NCBI GenBank assembly: GCA_965223295.1 | Contig: CBDCWC010000002.1 | Coordinates: 480,001-544,000 of the forward strand | DNA from: Nitrospirales bacterium | GTDB lineage: Bacteria > Nitrospirota > Nitrospiria > Nitrospirales > UBA8639 | Length of the DNA stretch: 64,000 bases | Direction of reading: 5' to 3' | Shown: in pieces, positions 1 to 10,064 of the stretch | Layout: each line of letters opens with the position of its first letter | Numbering within the stretch: position 1 is the stretch's first letter | The notes under the pieces: model-generated | Told to the model about the DNA's origin: nothing | Database searches by the model: none | Seen by the model: only the letters and a program-made list of their open reading frames with translations | Made by a program: the position numbers and the translations under genes

Positions 1-2
1 AT

Positions 3-830
3 CCGTATGGCTCAGGCTGGTATCTGGATCGTAATCGTTTTGACGGAGAGTTAGCCGCAGCAGCTGAAGAGTCAGGTGCGACTATCAATCGCGGCTTTCA
101 CCTCGAGGCGTTATATCTTGCAAATACGACTTGGGAAGTCAGTGCGTGCAGAGGTAAGCAGCAGATAAACTTCAAGGCAAAATATTTGGTTGATGCAACT
201 GGACGAAATGCCATCGTTGCGAGACGGCTCGGTTTGAAAATCTTTTCTTATGATAAGCTCATTGGGGTTCTAGGATATTTTGCTGCCCCTGAATGGCATA
301 CAGAGGAGTCTCTGCTTTTAGAATCAACAACAAATGGATGGTGGTATTCCACTCCATTACCAGGGAAAAAGGTTGTTGTGGGGTTTATGAGTGATACAGA
401 TTTGCTAAACAAGGAAAGCCATGCTCATCGCTATTTTCTGAATCAAACGATGAAAAGTATCCCACATATGCAACAGAGACTTAACGGATGTCAATGGAAA
501 ATGGGCAAGATCAAAACTGCCCATACCTCGCTTACTGAAAGACCCAAACCAGACAGTACATTTCTTGCTATAGGAGACGCCGCACTTGCCTTTGATCCTT
601 TGTCATCACAAGGAATCATAAAGGCACTACGGTCTGGGTTCCACGGTGCTCGGGCCATCTTATCGCACCATAAGGGTAAGATTAATGCTCTGACTATGGA
701 GTTCCAGAAAAATATCACCGAAATGAAGGAATACCTTCACCTCCGACAAGAATACTATGCCATGGAAACCCGCTGGACAAATTATCCGTTTTGGCAGCGT
801 CGGCATGTTCTTCCTGGGATATTCTCATGA
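3..830 (+). CDS. FAD-dependent oxidoreductase, LodB/GoxB-like (tryptophan halogenase-type fold), 5'-truncated by the window edge
   Basis: The frame is open from base 3 (PYGSGWYLDRNRFD...), upstream of the tracked ORF. Motifs VDATGR, GWWY, IGDAALAFDPLSSQGI and C-terminal FWQRR. Confidence 0.75.
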   Translation, partial: PYGSGWYLDRNRFDGELAAAAEESGATINRGFHLEALYLANTTWEVSACRGKQQINFKAKYLVDATGRNAIVARRLGLKIFSYDKLIGVLGYFAAPEWHTEESLLLESTTNGWWYSTPLPGKKVVVGFMSDTDLLNKESHAHRYFLNQTMKSIPHMQQRLNGCQWKMGKIKTAHTSLTERPKPDSTFLAIGDAALAFDPLSSQGIIKALRSGFHGARAILSHHKGKINALTMEFQKNITEMKEYLHLRQEYYAMETRWTNYPFWQRRHVLPGIFS

Positions 831-1188
831 AGAAATTAGGGTGAACTCGATTGATCTGGTGTACCGAGTGTAACGTTGCTCAAGGACGTGGAGTTTCGAT
901 ATACGATCGGCTTCTGCCATTATTCAAACTATATTAGAGAGATCCCAAGTATTTGAAACTTCTCTCCCCCTGAAGTCCTTCTATCCGTTAACGAGAGGAG
1001 GCAAGAAAAGAGGAGAAGTCCCACTTCGGAGTTGCTCTATTTTGTGCAATTGAGTCGTTCGTCAATCGAGTGCGTCATTATACTTTCATCTGGCAGCATT
1101 GTTTTTGTGAAAAGTCTTCGTGTTGTAATGCTAGACGATGTGCCATAGAAGATTCAGTTTATTGTTGGCAGACTTTTTCTTTGTCACT

Positions 1189-1294
1189 GGGGCTGTTGAA
1201 AAAAGCTGCCAGCAGCGTTCCCTGCCTTCGCCGCAGTGGCTACGAAGGCTGAAAGCGGCTTCGCGCAGACGAAGGGATTTTTTTGAACAAGCCC
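1189..1294. repeat. MITE/REP-like element, copy A
   Basis: Terminal inverted repeats ggggctgttgaaaaaa / ttttttgaacaagccc. Homologous, in inverted orientation, to 14661-14789 and 13301-13422. Confidence 0.8.
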
Positions 1295-1576
1295 GAGGCC
1301 TCGGACATGTTAAGTCGCAGAGGCTAAATGTGGGATTAATGTCATCAGTTTTCAACAGTCCCACATTGTCTACATGTTATTCAAAATAGCCCGATCGTTT
1401 GTTTTTCTGTTCCAAAGTATAAGAGATATGAAAATGGTTTGGGTCTTGTATTGACATATCAAGATTCTTACGCTGACACTTTTTGTTTTTCATTGAATTT
1501 TTAGAAAGGTGTTCACCATATTCAGCCCTCGACTATTGAAAAGAGAGAAGAGAGAGTCTGTTGTTGGGAGCTTCAC

Positions 1577-1606
1577 TTGCAAAAGATTTGCAATAAAGAC
1601 TATAAT
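1577..1606 (+). promoter_or_regulatory. Sigma70-like promoter overlapped by a perfect palindrome TTGCAAA-N3-TTTGCAA (candidate Fur-family operator)
   Basis: TTGCAA at 1577, TATAAT at 1601-1606, palindrome 1577-1593, directly upstream of the Fur-family gene. Confidence 0.6.
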
Positions 1607-1642
1607 TAGCAGTTCCTTAGAATCACTTTAAAAATACTGCTT

Positions 1643-2065
1643 ATGCTAGAGCTGACAATTAGAAAAGGGTTGAGGGCCACAGGCCGGCGAATGACTCGCA
1701 CCCGAAAAGCTGTCTTAGCGCTGTTAGAGCGTACGCATCAGCCGTTGAGTGCTTCCGAGATTTATTCCCAATTACGGAAAGATCGGATTGCCATTGATCT
1801 CGTCACGGTCTATCGAACCTTGCACGTGTTAAAGGAATTAAGTTTGGTGGTCCAATTAGATGTGTTTCAGGAAGGCCAATCTCGCTATGAGTTGAAGGAA
1901 GGTCGAAAGCACCACCATCATATTCGGTGTCAAACCTGCGGACGAATGGTCGATTTGTTGTTGTGCCCGTTAAAGAAACTAACAAAGTTAATTGAAGCAC
2001 GCACACGATTTGTAGTGGATGATCATACCTTGGAATTCACAGGTTTTTGCCCTCAATGTCAATAA
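1643..2065 (+). CDS. Fur-family transcriptional regulator (Zur-like)
   Basis: TVYRTL recognition helix, HHHHIRCxxC and terminal CxxC. Confidence 0.9.
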   Translation: MLELTIRKGLRATGRRMTRTRKAVLALLERTHQPLSASEIYSQLRKDRIAIDLVTVYRTLHVLKELSLVVQLDVFQEGQSRYELKEGRKHHHHIRCQTCGRMVDLLLCPLKKLTKLIEARTRFVVDDHTLEFTGFCPQCQ

Positions 2066-2081
2066 CACAAGAAAGACAGAA

Positions 2082-2558
2082 ATGAGCACATTTGGTCCTA
2101 AACTCTCGAAGGCTGGTTCTATCGCATCTCTAATTTGTGCGATACATTGTGCGCTTACTCCATTGGCCCTGTTGGCCCTTCCAGTTATTGCGGCTCATTC
2201 CTGGGATGGTTTAGATGGGATTTTAGGCGCCTTTTGGGCTGAAAAAACGGAATGGGTTTTCTTGGCTGTTATTGCTCTCTTAGCAGGGTTTGGCTTATTG
2301 GCAACGTATCCACGTCATCGTGATATTCGTCCGACTATACTGACCATCCTTGGCCTGACTGTCTTGACGATTTCCCATTTGTGGATTGAAGCGGGGAGTG
2401 GGCAGGAAATATTCCTTGATGTGCTAGGCGCTTCTTTAATTGCATGGGCGGGTTTTTGGAATCGTCGTCTCTGCCATCATTTGGGATGCCATACTCATGA
2501 ACAGGCTCATCAACCAACCGGGACCCAAGTCGAACCACTTCCCAAACTATCTTCCTAG
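2082..2558 (+). CDS. MerC-domain membrane protein
   Basis: SLICAIHCALTP motif, 4 TM segments, His/Cys-rich tail. Start moved to ATG 2082. Confidence 0.8.
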   Translation: MSTFGPKLSKAGSIASLICAIHCALTPLALLALPVIAAHSWDGLDGILGAFWAEKTEWVFLAVIALLAGFGLLATYPRHRDIRPTILTILGLTVLTISHLWIEAGSGQEIFLDVLGASLIAWAGFWNRRLCHHLGCHTHEQAHQPTGTQVEPLPKLSS

Positions 2559-2604
2559 TCTCGTTCTTCGATGTCCTCTCTCAACAGATAATACCTCGTT
2601 GTCC

Positions 2605-3690
2605 CTAGCCGGATACCGGTGTTTTGTGTGTTGATTTATCCAACGTTTCTGCCATTTCATCAAGAAGATGTTCTGTGTCATCCCATCCGATACAGGCATC
2701 GGTAATGGATACGCCTCTTTCGAGTGATTTGCCTGCTTCCCATTTCTGATTGCCAGACTTCAGATTGCTTTCAATCAAAAGGCCCATAATTGCGTTTTGT
2801 CCTTCGGTGAATTGGCTGACGACTGATCGAGCAACGGGGACTTGTCGAGTGTGATCTTTTTCAGAGTTGCCATGAGAACAATCAACTAAAATAGGACGAG
2901 GAATATCTTCTTTTGTCAGACTTTGAACAGCCTCGGAAATGTCTTCAGGATTATAATTCACGCGACCGCCTCCACCTCGAAGGACCAGATGACGATCGGG
3001 ATTGCCATTCGTTTTAATAATAGAAGTCAGACCGTCGGCGTTTATGCCTATAAAGCTTTGAGGATGCCGGGCGGCAATCATGGCATTGAGCGCAACCTGC
3101 AGTCCGCCGTCCGTTCCATTTTTGAGTCCGACAGGCATGGAAAGCCCGCTGGCCATTTCACGGTGCGTTTGGCTTTCGGTTGTGCGTGCCCCAATGGCTG
3201 CCCAACTAATGAGATCAGAAATATACTGCGGCGTCACCGGATCCAGAAATTCTGTGGCACAGGGCATGCCTAATTGATTAATTTGCAAAAGGATAGAACG
3301 GGCTAACTCAAAACCTTTTCCGATATCACAGGATCCATCTAGCTTTGGATCATTAATGAGGCCTTTCCAACCCACAGTGGTCCGGGGCTTTTCAAAATAT
3401 GTTCGTGCAATGATAAGAAGATGATCACAGACACGATCGTTGACACGTTTGAGCTGTTCGGCATATTGAATAGCCGCTTCCGGATCATGAATAGAACAAG
3501 GACCAATGATAACAATCAGACGGTGGGTATCATGGCCATGCAAAATATTTCGGATGGCCTGTCGGGCATGCAGGACCATTTGCCCTGTTTCTTGACTCAA
3601 GGGGAGGCGTTCCTGAATGTTTCTCGGGGCAGGAAGCGGGGCGATGTCAATAATGTTTTGGTTGTTAATACGCTCGGCCATGTGACACAT
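2605..3690 (-). CDS. 3-deoxy-7-phosphoheptulonate (DAHP) synthase, class I (AroF/G/H type)
   Basis: GPCSIHD, FEKPRTTVGWKG, IGARTTESQTHRE, DCSHGNS, SITDACIGW. Confidence 0.95.
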   Translation of the reverse strand: MCHMAERINNQNIIDIAPLPAPRNIQERLPLSQETGQMVLHARQAIRNILHGHDTHRLIVIIGPCSIHDPEAAIQYAEQLKRVNDRVCDHLLIIARTYFEKPRTTVGWKGLINDPKLDGSCDIGKGFELARSILLQINQLGMPCATEFLDPVTPQYISDLISWAAIGARTTESQTHREMASGLSMPVGLKNGTDGGLQVALNAMIAARHPQSFIGINADGLTSIIKTNGNPDRHLVLRGGGGRVNYNPEDISEAVQSLTKEDIPRPILVDCSHGNSEKDHTRQVPVARSVVSQFTEGQNAIMGLLIESNLKSGNQKWEAGKSLERGVSITDACIGWDDTEHLLDEMAETLDKSTHKTPVSG

Positions 3691-3868
3691 CCTCGGTAAA
3701 GATAAAAGCTTATGATCAGTCAGGTGATCAAAATAGCTAAAAATTAGAGAAAATTGCGGGTATTGTAATCAGAAGTTTTGTAATCAGGCAACTGTAGTGT
3801 GTTTTTAGATAACTTGGTTCTATTCTATGACCTATCTATGAACAAGATTTACCGGCGTAAGGCAGGTC

Positions 3869-4528
3869 TTAAGCCGTAGTATCGACCAGATTAGCTCTCT
3901 GAGAGGTATACCATTGAAGAATGTCTTGTTTGGCAATGTCTTGGTCAGATTCAAAAATAAATTGAATGCCGATGAGCAGTTCCTTGGTGGGGTGAATCCA
4001 TTCGATACTTCCATGGAGTTTGGAATGGTGGTCGAAGCCAGGTAGTCGACAAGAAAGATAGAGATGTAAGGCCGAAACTTTTGGCCAGGCGGATGGTGCA
4101 ATGCTGAATTGACATCCAGTGGGAGAGAGGTCGCATAGCTGAACGGGAAGAACCGCGAGAATTTGGCCATTCCTGCTCAGGGGACGTACAGCTCCGGGGA
4201 GGTCAACCTGTAAGCGAGGGAAGGACCGTGGAATTTGACGAATGATATTTGGTGGCGCTTCTAAGCGAATGGCTGGAGGAAAGGTCAAGATTTCTTGAGT
4301 GACCGTTTCAAATTCAAATATTTCTCCGTCAATATATGAACGACCCTTACATGGTGTTCCCGTTGCCAGTAACTCAAGTGGTTGATCGTTGGGAATCGCA
4401 CAGAGCAATGAATTGTCAGCGCCCAAGCCGAGTAGCGTTGACCTAATTAACACATTCTCTGGGCTGGTGGAAATGGTCAGCCAAAGAATATTTGAGCCCA
4501 TGGCAGGGTAGTCAGAAGTGGTTCCCAT
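3869..4528 (-). CDS. PilZ-domain (YcgR-like) c-di-GMP effector
   Basis: RxxxR (RSFPR) and DLSxxG (DLSPTG) motifs after a YcgR-like N-terminal domain. Confidence 0.8.
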   Translation of the reverse strand: MGTTSDYPAMGSNILWLTISTSPENVLIRSTLLGLGADNSLLCAIPNDQPLELLATGTPCKGRSYIDGEIFEFETVTQEILTFPPAIRLEAPPNIIRQIPRSFPRLQVDLPGAVRPLSRNGQILAVLPVQLCDLSPTGCQFSIAPSAWPKVSALHLYLSCRLPGFDHHSKLHGSIEWIHPTKELLIGIQFIFESDQDIAKQDILQWYTSQRANLVDTTA

Positions 4529-4714
4529 CTCTCTCTTTTCGGTTGTGGACGTTCAGGCTACAGGGCTGTAGGAGGAGAGGAAAGATTGAGAAAGAATAAC
4601 GTGTAGGAATACGCAGAGATATACAGGAACGGCATAGAAAATCTAGAATGAGATCGCAATCAAGAGAGAAAAAGGGAGGGGGCTATTGGGCTTGATTTGA
4701 GGGAAGTTGAAAGA

Positions 4715-5011
4715 CTACGAAGTGGAGGGTTCTGGAGGTGTGTTAGAGAGTTCTTGAATAAGTTTGTCCGCTAAAACTTGCGAGGAAACCGAGTAGGTGC
4801 CTTCCTTAAGAGCTTGTTGAATTTTTATGATTCGTTCGGTCCGAGTGTCTGGGAGATGTGATAGGGCCTCTTGATACTGCTTGATTGTCTGTGCTGTTTG
4901 AGAAAGCAATTTGGGTTCAGATTGTTGAGAAGACGTAGAATGTGTGGTGGTATCTTGTTGTTTGATGGAGTCAGGTTGTGGTTTCTTTGATTGCATTGGA
5001 GGCTTGCTCAT
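4715..5011 (-). CDS. flgM: Anti-sigma28 factor FlgM
   Basis: C-terminal LPDTRTERIIKIQQALKEGTYSVSSQVLADKLI. Confidence 0.8.
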   Translation of the reverse strand: MSKPPMQSKKPQPDSIKQQDTTTHSTSSQQSEPKLLSQTAQTIKQYQEALSHLPDTRTERIIKIQQALKEGTYSVSSQVLADKLIQELSNTPPEPSTS

Positions 5012-5183
5012 AGGTACAAAAGAAAAAGGATCTATGCACAGTTATTTGATCAGAAGTATGTTCTATACTAGATCATATAAAAACCAGATCAAGGAATCAA
5101 ACGTGAGTACAGTATGTGTAGATGACGTTCAGTATGGTGTTTTAATCTGGTGTAATTTGCAACCAACTCATGAATGATGACGC

Positions 5184-6089
5184 TTGTATATGGAACATAC
5201 TGCTTCGGCTGAAATTGCGAAACTTCATGTGATTGATCCTGGAGAAATCCGACAGATTCAATTAACTTTGCCGGAGAGTATCGAGGTTAAAGGAACGCGG
5301 TATGTTCTTCGGGATACGATGCGTCCAGGAACAGCGTTCTTAGCAAAGCCCTGGGGGATGCGAACGAATAAATATCGTCGGCGCATGTATACTCGGTCGA
5401 ATTCATCGTGCCAGGAACCAGGCATACTTGAGACGTTTATTAATCATACGCATCGTGCTCAAGCTGATACCTCTATTTGGTGGCAATCTGAAGTGGCTGA
5501 TAATTGGTATGAAACAGGAAAGGGGATCGATGTTCGGTTATCTGTCGATGAGAGTCAGGGTAAAGTCAGCCTGTATGAAAATGCCAGCATGTGCAAGGAA
5601 ACGAATCTTCGTTTAGAACCTGATGGAGATTGGGAAGCACGTCGGTTTGTATGTCTAGCATTTGGGACGGGTATCACTCCGTTTCTGTCGTATATTCAAT
5701 ATATGAGAAATCAGCAATGGAATCAAAAACGAGAAGGAGCTCGTGGTCATTTGACGTTGATTGCGAGTGTGCGCCATGAAAGACAATTGATGCTTCATGA
5801 AGAATTAGTCGCAATCGCAAAAGAGTTTCCTCACTGCTTTCAATATGTGCCAGTATTAACTCGTTCTTGGCCAAGTGACTGGTCGTCTCTCACTGGCCGG
5901 GTTATTCGTACCCATGTATCGCCCTCAGGGAAAGAGTGCGTTGATCTTACTCCGTTGCTTGATTTGGTTCAGGATCTTGCACAATCTGATTTGCGTGTGT
6001 GTGGCAGCAAATCTGCCTGTACTCAATTGAGACAGGGACTAATCGAAAGGAACATTCATCCTCTATCAGTGCGAATGGAGTCGTGGTAG
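5184..6089 (+). CDS. Ferredoxin-NADP reductase-like FAD/NAD(P)-binding protein
   Basis: RxYT (RRMYT), GTGITPF, CGS and C-terminal ESW. Confidence 0.7.
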   Translation: MYMEHTASAEIAKLHVIDPGEIRQIQLTLPESIEVKGTRYVLRDTMRPGTAFLAKPWGMRTNKYRRRMYTRSNSSCQEPGILETFINHTHRAQADTSIWWQSEVADNWYETGKGIDVRLSVDESQGKVSLYENASMCKETNLRLEPDGDWEARRFVCLAFGTGITPFLSYIQYMRNQQWNQKREGARGHLTLIASVRHERQLMLHEELVAIAKEFPHCFQYVPVLTRSWPSDWSSLTGRVIRTHVSPSGKECVDLTPLLDLVQDLAQSDLRVCGSKSACTQLRQGLIERNIHPLSVRMESW

Positions 6090-6130
6090 GTGTTAGCTGT
6101 ATGGGAATATGGGTGAGGGAAAACGGGGTC

Positions 6131-6415
6131 TTATCCTGCAGCAGATCGTTTGATTGAGTCGGGGATGGTCACATTAGGCCGTTTGAGTAGACGAATTACC
6201 GGCCGGCCTAAAAATGAATGATGGCCACAAATCAGGCAATGTAAGCTCAGTGTGACTAGTAGTTCTTGCTCTAATTGTTCGAGGTTCACGGTCCGTGATC
6301 CGCATCGTGAGCATCGAGGGTGTTTGTCGACTTGCGAAGATTTGGCATTTGTTTTCTTTGTTGCTGTCTTCCGTGGGCGTCCTCGTTTAGCCGGTTTTTG
6401 AGGGGTTTTTTTCAT
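6131..6415 (-). CDS. Small basic protein with AT-hook-like motif and Zn ribbon
   Basis: KRGRPRK, CxxC...CxxC; AAGGA RBS before ATG 6415. Confidence 0.65.
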   Translation of the reverse strand: MKKTPQKPAKRGRPRKTATKKTNAKSSQVDKHPRCSRCGSRTVNLEQLEQELLVTLSLHCLICGHHSFLGRPVIRLLKRPNVTIPDSIKRSAAG

Positions 6416-6462
6416 GTACCAATCCTTGGTCAAAATCAATGGAATGCTTTCAGTTGTAATAA

Positions 6463-6477
6463 ACAAATCTTATGCCA
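6463..6477 (-). promoter_or_regulatory. Candidate sigma54 -24/-12 promoter
   Basis: TGGCATAAGATTTGT versus consensus TGGCAC-N5-TTGC, correctly spaced, ~50 bp upstream of ATG 6415. Confidence 0.45.
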
Positions 6478-6619
6478 AAAGCAATGTCAAAAAATGGGTA
6501 CAAAATGCATCTAAATGGCCGTAACTTCTGCTTTACTTGGTGTCAGATAGGTAAGTTTTTCCGCTATAGCTCGGTCGAAATGTTTGTGTCGATTGATGGG
6601 TAGAGATTTATAGAAGGGT

Positions 6620-7075
6620 TTATTGAACGGAAGATTTGGCCAAAATGGCTTCAGCGCGGGCTAAGAGATTAGCCGCTTCTGTTGGGCGGTTGGCTTCCTG
6701 TAACACGCGAGCGTAACGCTGGAGAATGGCGGCGATATCCGGATGGTTAGGGCCGCTCATTTCTTCTTTCAGCTCGAGGGCTCGCTGATATTGCTGGGCC
6801 GCTTTGTTGTATTCCTGACGGTCGTGGTAAAAATTGGCCAAGCTATAAACGCTACTCAAGAGAAGAGGATTTCCCTGTCCCAAGCCCTCTGCGTTTCGGA
6901 TGGTCGTCAATAATTGTTGCTCAACCGTTGAGACTTTCAGTTTCGTCTCTTGTCGATTTTGAGGCGAGGAAGGTTGTTGGGTGTGCTGTGGTGTACATGC
7001 TGTGATTAAAACGAACAGCAGGAGAAGATCTCTCATGCTGTCGAACCTCAGATCGATTGGCCAATACATTTTCAT
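6620..7075 (-). CDS. TPR-repeat lipoprotein
   Basis: Lipobox-like LITAC; kinesin-light-chain-type TPR (YQRALELKE...GPNHPDIA). The true start is probably the internal MRDLL. Confidence 0.75.
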   Translation of the reverse strand: MKMYWPIDLRFDSMRDLLLLFVLITACTPQHTQQPSSPQNRQETKLKVSTVEQQLLTTIRNAEGLGQGNPLLLSSVYSLANFYHDRQEYNKAAQQYQRALELKEEMSGPNHPDIAAILQRYARVLQEANRPTEAANLLARAEAILAKSSVQ

Positions 7076-7226
7076 ATGATATCACGTTTGATGGTTTAGA
7101 AAGGTGAGGAATTGCCTGTCAAGAATTCTATGAATTTCATGGGGAGTGAGGCAAGCATGAACCATATTCGCGTACGCTTGATATCGTTTAGGATAGTTTG
7201 ATTAGTCTCTTTGTGAAAGGGTTCTT

Positions 7227-8315
7227 ATGCCGGTTGTTTGGTGTTCGATTTCGGCTCATGGATTTGGGCATGCCGCACAGATCATTCCTATCCTTAATGA
7301 ATTAGGATCCGTTGTCAATGAATTGCACGTCATTCTGCGCACGTGCGTGGATCCGTCTATTTTTCAAGATTATTTACATGTGAAATGGGAATTGCAGCCT
7401 GTTCCTCAAGATGTTGGCTGTATTCAGCAAGGACCTCTGGATATCGATATTCCTGGAACGTGGACAGCTCACCAAGAATTTCACGAAAACTGGATGGAAC
7501 GAGTGACCCAAGAAGCCAAGGAGATGAATGCAGAGAAAGCCAATTTAGTGCTTTCAAATATTTCCTACTTGGCACTTGCGGGTGCAAATCTGGCTGATCT
7601 CCCGGGACTCGCGATTGCCTCGTTATCATGGGATGAAGTATTGCAACCCTTTATTCAATCATCGATAGCTGATCATCAGGCTTGCTATGAGCATATTCGA
7701 CGGGAATATGCAAAGGCCAAGCAGCTCATTCGACTGTACCCTGGTATTGAGATGCCGGGCTTTCCGTTCATGACTGAGGCCGGGCCGTCTTTTCCAGTGG
7801 TAGGACCATCCTCACGGAGTTTGAAAGAACTTCTGGGGATTAGTAATGAAGAACAGCTTGTACTCATTGCCTTTGGAGGGATTCCGTTGACGAGCCTGCC
7901 ATGGGACCAGATGGAGTCATGTGCAGGGTTTCATTTCTTAGTCGGCGGCCTTCAATTAGATCCGTCTGCTAAGCGAGTGCATAATGTCACCAATATTCAC
8001 ATGCCGTTTGCAGAAATGATGCGGCAGGCGGATGTCGTCATAGCCAAGCCAGGCTATGCGACAACTGTCACGGCTGTTCATTATGGTATTCCCTTGGTGT
8101 ATGTTCGGCGAAACAACTTTGTGGATGAGCAATCGCTGGTCAACTATGCGCACAAATTTGGCAGGGCTATTGAAATGACACGGCAGGATTTTGAGTCCGG
8201 CGCCTGGGCAGGTTGCCTTCAAAAAGTGGTCACGTTGCCCTCTCCACATGTGTCTCCTCCTCGGTCAGACTATGAAGGTGTTGTGCGTGTCTTGAGGACT
8301 TATCTTGAAACATGA
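7227..8315 (+). CDS. GT-B glycosyltransferase-like protein (L-arabinokinase N-terminal type)
   Basis: ISAHGFGH, KPGY, YVRRxxFxDE. Confidence 0.75.
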   Translation: MPVVWCSISAHGFGHAAQIIPILNELGSVVNELHVILRTCVDPSIFQDYLHVKWELQPVPQDVGCIQQGPLDIDIPGTWTAHQEFHENWMERVTQEAKEMNAEKANLVLSNISYLALAGANLADLPGLAIASLSWDEVLQPFIQSSIADHQACYEHIRREYAKAKQLIRLYPGIEMPGFPFMTEAGPSFPVVGPSSRSLKELLGISNEEQLVLIAFGGIPLTSLPWDQMESCAGFHFLVGGLQLDPSAKRVHNVTNIHMPFAEMMRQADVVIAKPGYATTVTAVHYGIPLVYVRRNNFVDEQSLVNYAHKFGRAIEMTRQDFESGAWAGCLQKVVTLPSPHVSPPRSDYEGVVRVLRTYLET

Positions 8316-8339
8316 GTCAACAATCGGAGGAGACTGTTG

Positions 8340-8855
8340 TTACGTGCTCTCTGGAATAGATAATGGATACAGTGTGACGGATAAGGCTTCAAGAATGTTT
8401 GAAATTTGGAAACCATTCCGGGTTTCTTCTTTCAAAAATGTGCCAATGACCTCAACAGAATGATTAACGATAATGGGTAGAGCACCTTGTGTGCGATCAT
8501 GGCGGCCAAACACGACAATTGAATCGTTTCCTTCAGTAAGCCGAAAGACAAAATCAACATAGAGTTCTGTTTCATCTAAATGAAGTTCTGGTTGGATGAC
8601 GCGGCCTTGTACTGAAACGAGTTGCTGATCGTAGTCTTGGCTATTGGCAATCAGTTCAGTGATAGAAACTTGCTGAGGTGACGTGATAAATCTCAAAAGG
8701 TCTCGCGTATGATAGTCGATCCCAGGAGCCCCATAGGGCAGATTGATAGTGATTGAAGGAAAAGACAAGAAGAAGGGTCCATTACTCAGGTATCCATTGG
8801 ACGAGAGAAATACCGTCATGAGGCTAGTTAGCAGGTAACGGAAGAAAACGCTCAT
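8340..8855 (-). CDS. Hypothetical exported OB-fold-like protein
   Basis: Hydrophobic N-terminus; YDQQLVSVQGRV and VEVIGTF OB-like pattern. Confidence 0.55.
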   Translation of the reverse strand: MSVFFRYLLTSLMTVFLSSNGYLSNGPFFLSFPSITINLPYGAPGIDYHTRDLLRFITSPQQVSITELIANSQDYDQQLVSVQGRVIQPELHLDETELYVDFVFRLTEGNDSIVVFGRHDRTQGALPIIVNHSVEVIGTFLKEETRNGFQISNILEALSVTLYPLSIPEST

Positions 8856-8973
8856 AAAGTGATGTTGTTCTGTCTATGCTAGAACAGGGGGATCGTAGGA
8901 ACATGGAAGCATTGACGATGCTGATTCATGCGATGACCTTATGATGTCAGTATTTTAGTAAGAGAATCGTAAA

Positions 8974-9636
8974 ATGCCTGCTCTAAATTATTATGCGGTT
9001 CTTGAAGTGTCTCTTCAAGCGTCGCAGGAGGAAATCAAAAAGGCTTATCGAAAGCTTGCCCTCCAATACCATCCTGATCGGAATCGGGGAGATCGTCAAG
9101 CTGAATTGAAGATTAGGGAAATCAATGCTGCGTATGAAATTCTAGGTGATCCCGGTGCTCGAAAAACGTATGATCGGTTACGGATGGGCCATGTGGAGCC
9201 GATGGAGTTCCGTCGGGAGGAGCCGGAAGAGTCCATCTCCCCGGCAGTGGTTATTCAACGCATGGAAGGGACACTCTCAGAGGAGTCTCGTAAGCAATTA
9301 TTTAAGGTTATGATGCAGAATACAAGAAGAATCAAGGAGGAGTTGAGCCGGATTCGGGAGCGGGTCGTTCAAGTACAAGGCTACGATACGTTCTTAGAAA
9401 AAGTTGTTCATCAATGCGGAGAAGAAGGTCTGAGGGATTGGGTGACAGATGAACTCTGGCAGCTTCGTGATCGCCTTGTGGATATTGCTGTCGAAATGGT
9501 GTGCTCAGAGGTCCCTGGCTCATTTCAAGGGGCTGAGGCAATTGCTCAGGTAAGACGAACCTTACAGCAGGCCTATCATGAAGGATGGATACAAGGGTAT
9601 GCTCAAGCTTGTGAATTGTTGTATGAACGTCGATGA
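8974..9636 (+). CDS. DnaJ-domain protein
   Basis: [31 protein letters not shown]. Confidence 0.9.
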   Translation: MPALNYYAVLEVSLQASQEEIKKAYRKLALQYHPDRNRGDRQAELKIREINAAYEILGDPGARKTYDRLRMGHVEPMEFRREEPEESISPAVVIQRMEGTLSEESRKQLFKVMMQNTRRIKEELSRIRERVVQVQGYDTFLEKVVHQCGEEGLRDWVTDELWQLRDRLVDIAVEMVCSEVPGSFQGAEAIAQVRRTLQQAYHEGWIQGYAQACELLYERR

Positions 9637-9737
9637 GCGTTTGTGCATATTCTGATAAGCAGAAGAAATCAGCACGTATATTTTCTCAAGAAGAAGGGTT
9701 TGTAGAGGCACCTTTGAATGAGGTGCCCCTGAGAGCC

Positions 9738-9998
9738 CTATTTATCAAGTGGAGATGGTGATTGTTGGAATGATTTGTCTGGTTGGTTTTGAGAGTTAGA
9801 CGTTGAAAGGGTCTGAGCTTCTTTGGACAAAGTGACCTGATCTTGAACAGGAGAAGGGGCCGTGAGACTCGGTTTTTCCTTGCTTTTGTCAGGGCCATTT
9901 TGAATCGCTTTGGTTTCTTCGAGAGCTTTCCGGTCATGGACGCTAGCTGACAAGGCTTGTGATGATGCTTGTAGAGTTTCGACGCCTCCTAAGGTCAT
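9738..9998 (-). CDS. Small hypothetical protein (flagellar late-gene-like)
   Basis: AAGGAG RBS; VQDQVTLSKEA motif typical of FlgM-like small proteins; sigma28-like box upstream. Confidence 0.6.
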   Translation of the reverse strand: MTLGGVETLQASSQALSASVHDRKALEETKAIQNGPDKSKEKPSLTAPSPVQDQVTLSKEAQTLSTSNSQNQPDKSFQQSPSPLDK

Positions 9999-10064
9999 GG
10001 TCTTTGCTCCTTTTTTATTAAGTATCTCCGGTACTGTTATGTATGGCTCAGATTATCTTCTGCA

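Noticed and set aside
1070-1389. Short ORFs of 60-83 aa (also 13081-13535, 14606-14836, 30771-31001)
   Set aside because: They run through MITE-like repeats (LKKAAS/SKKS translations), with no RBS or domain support.
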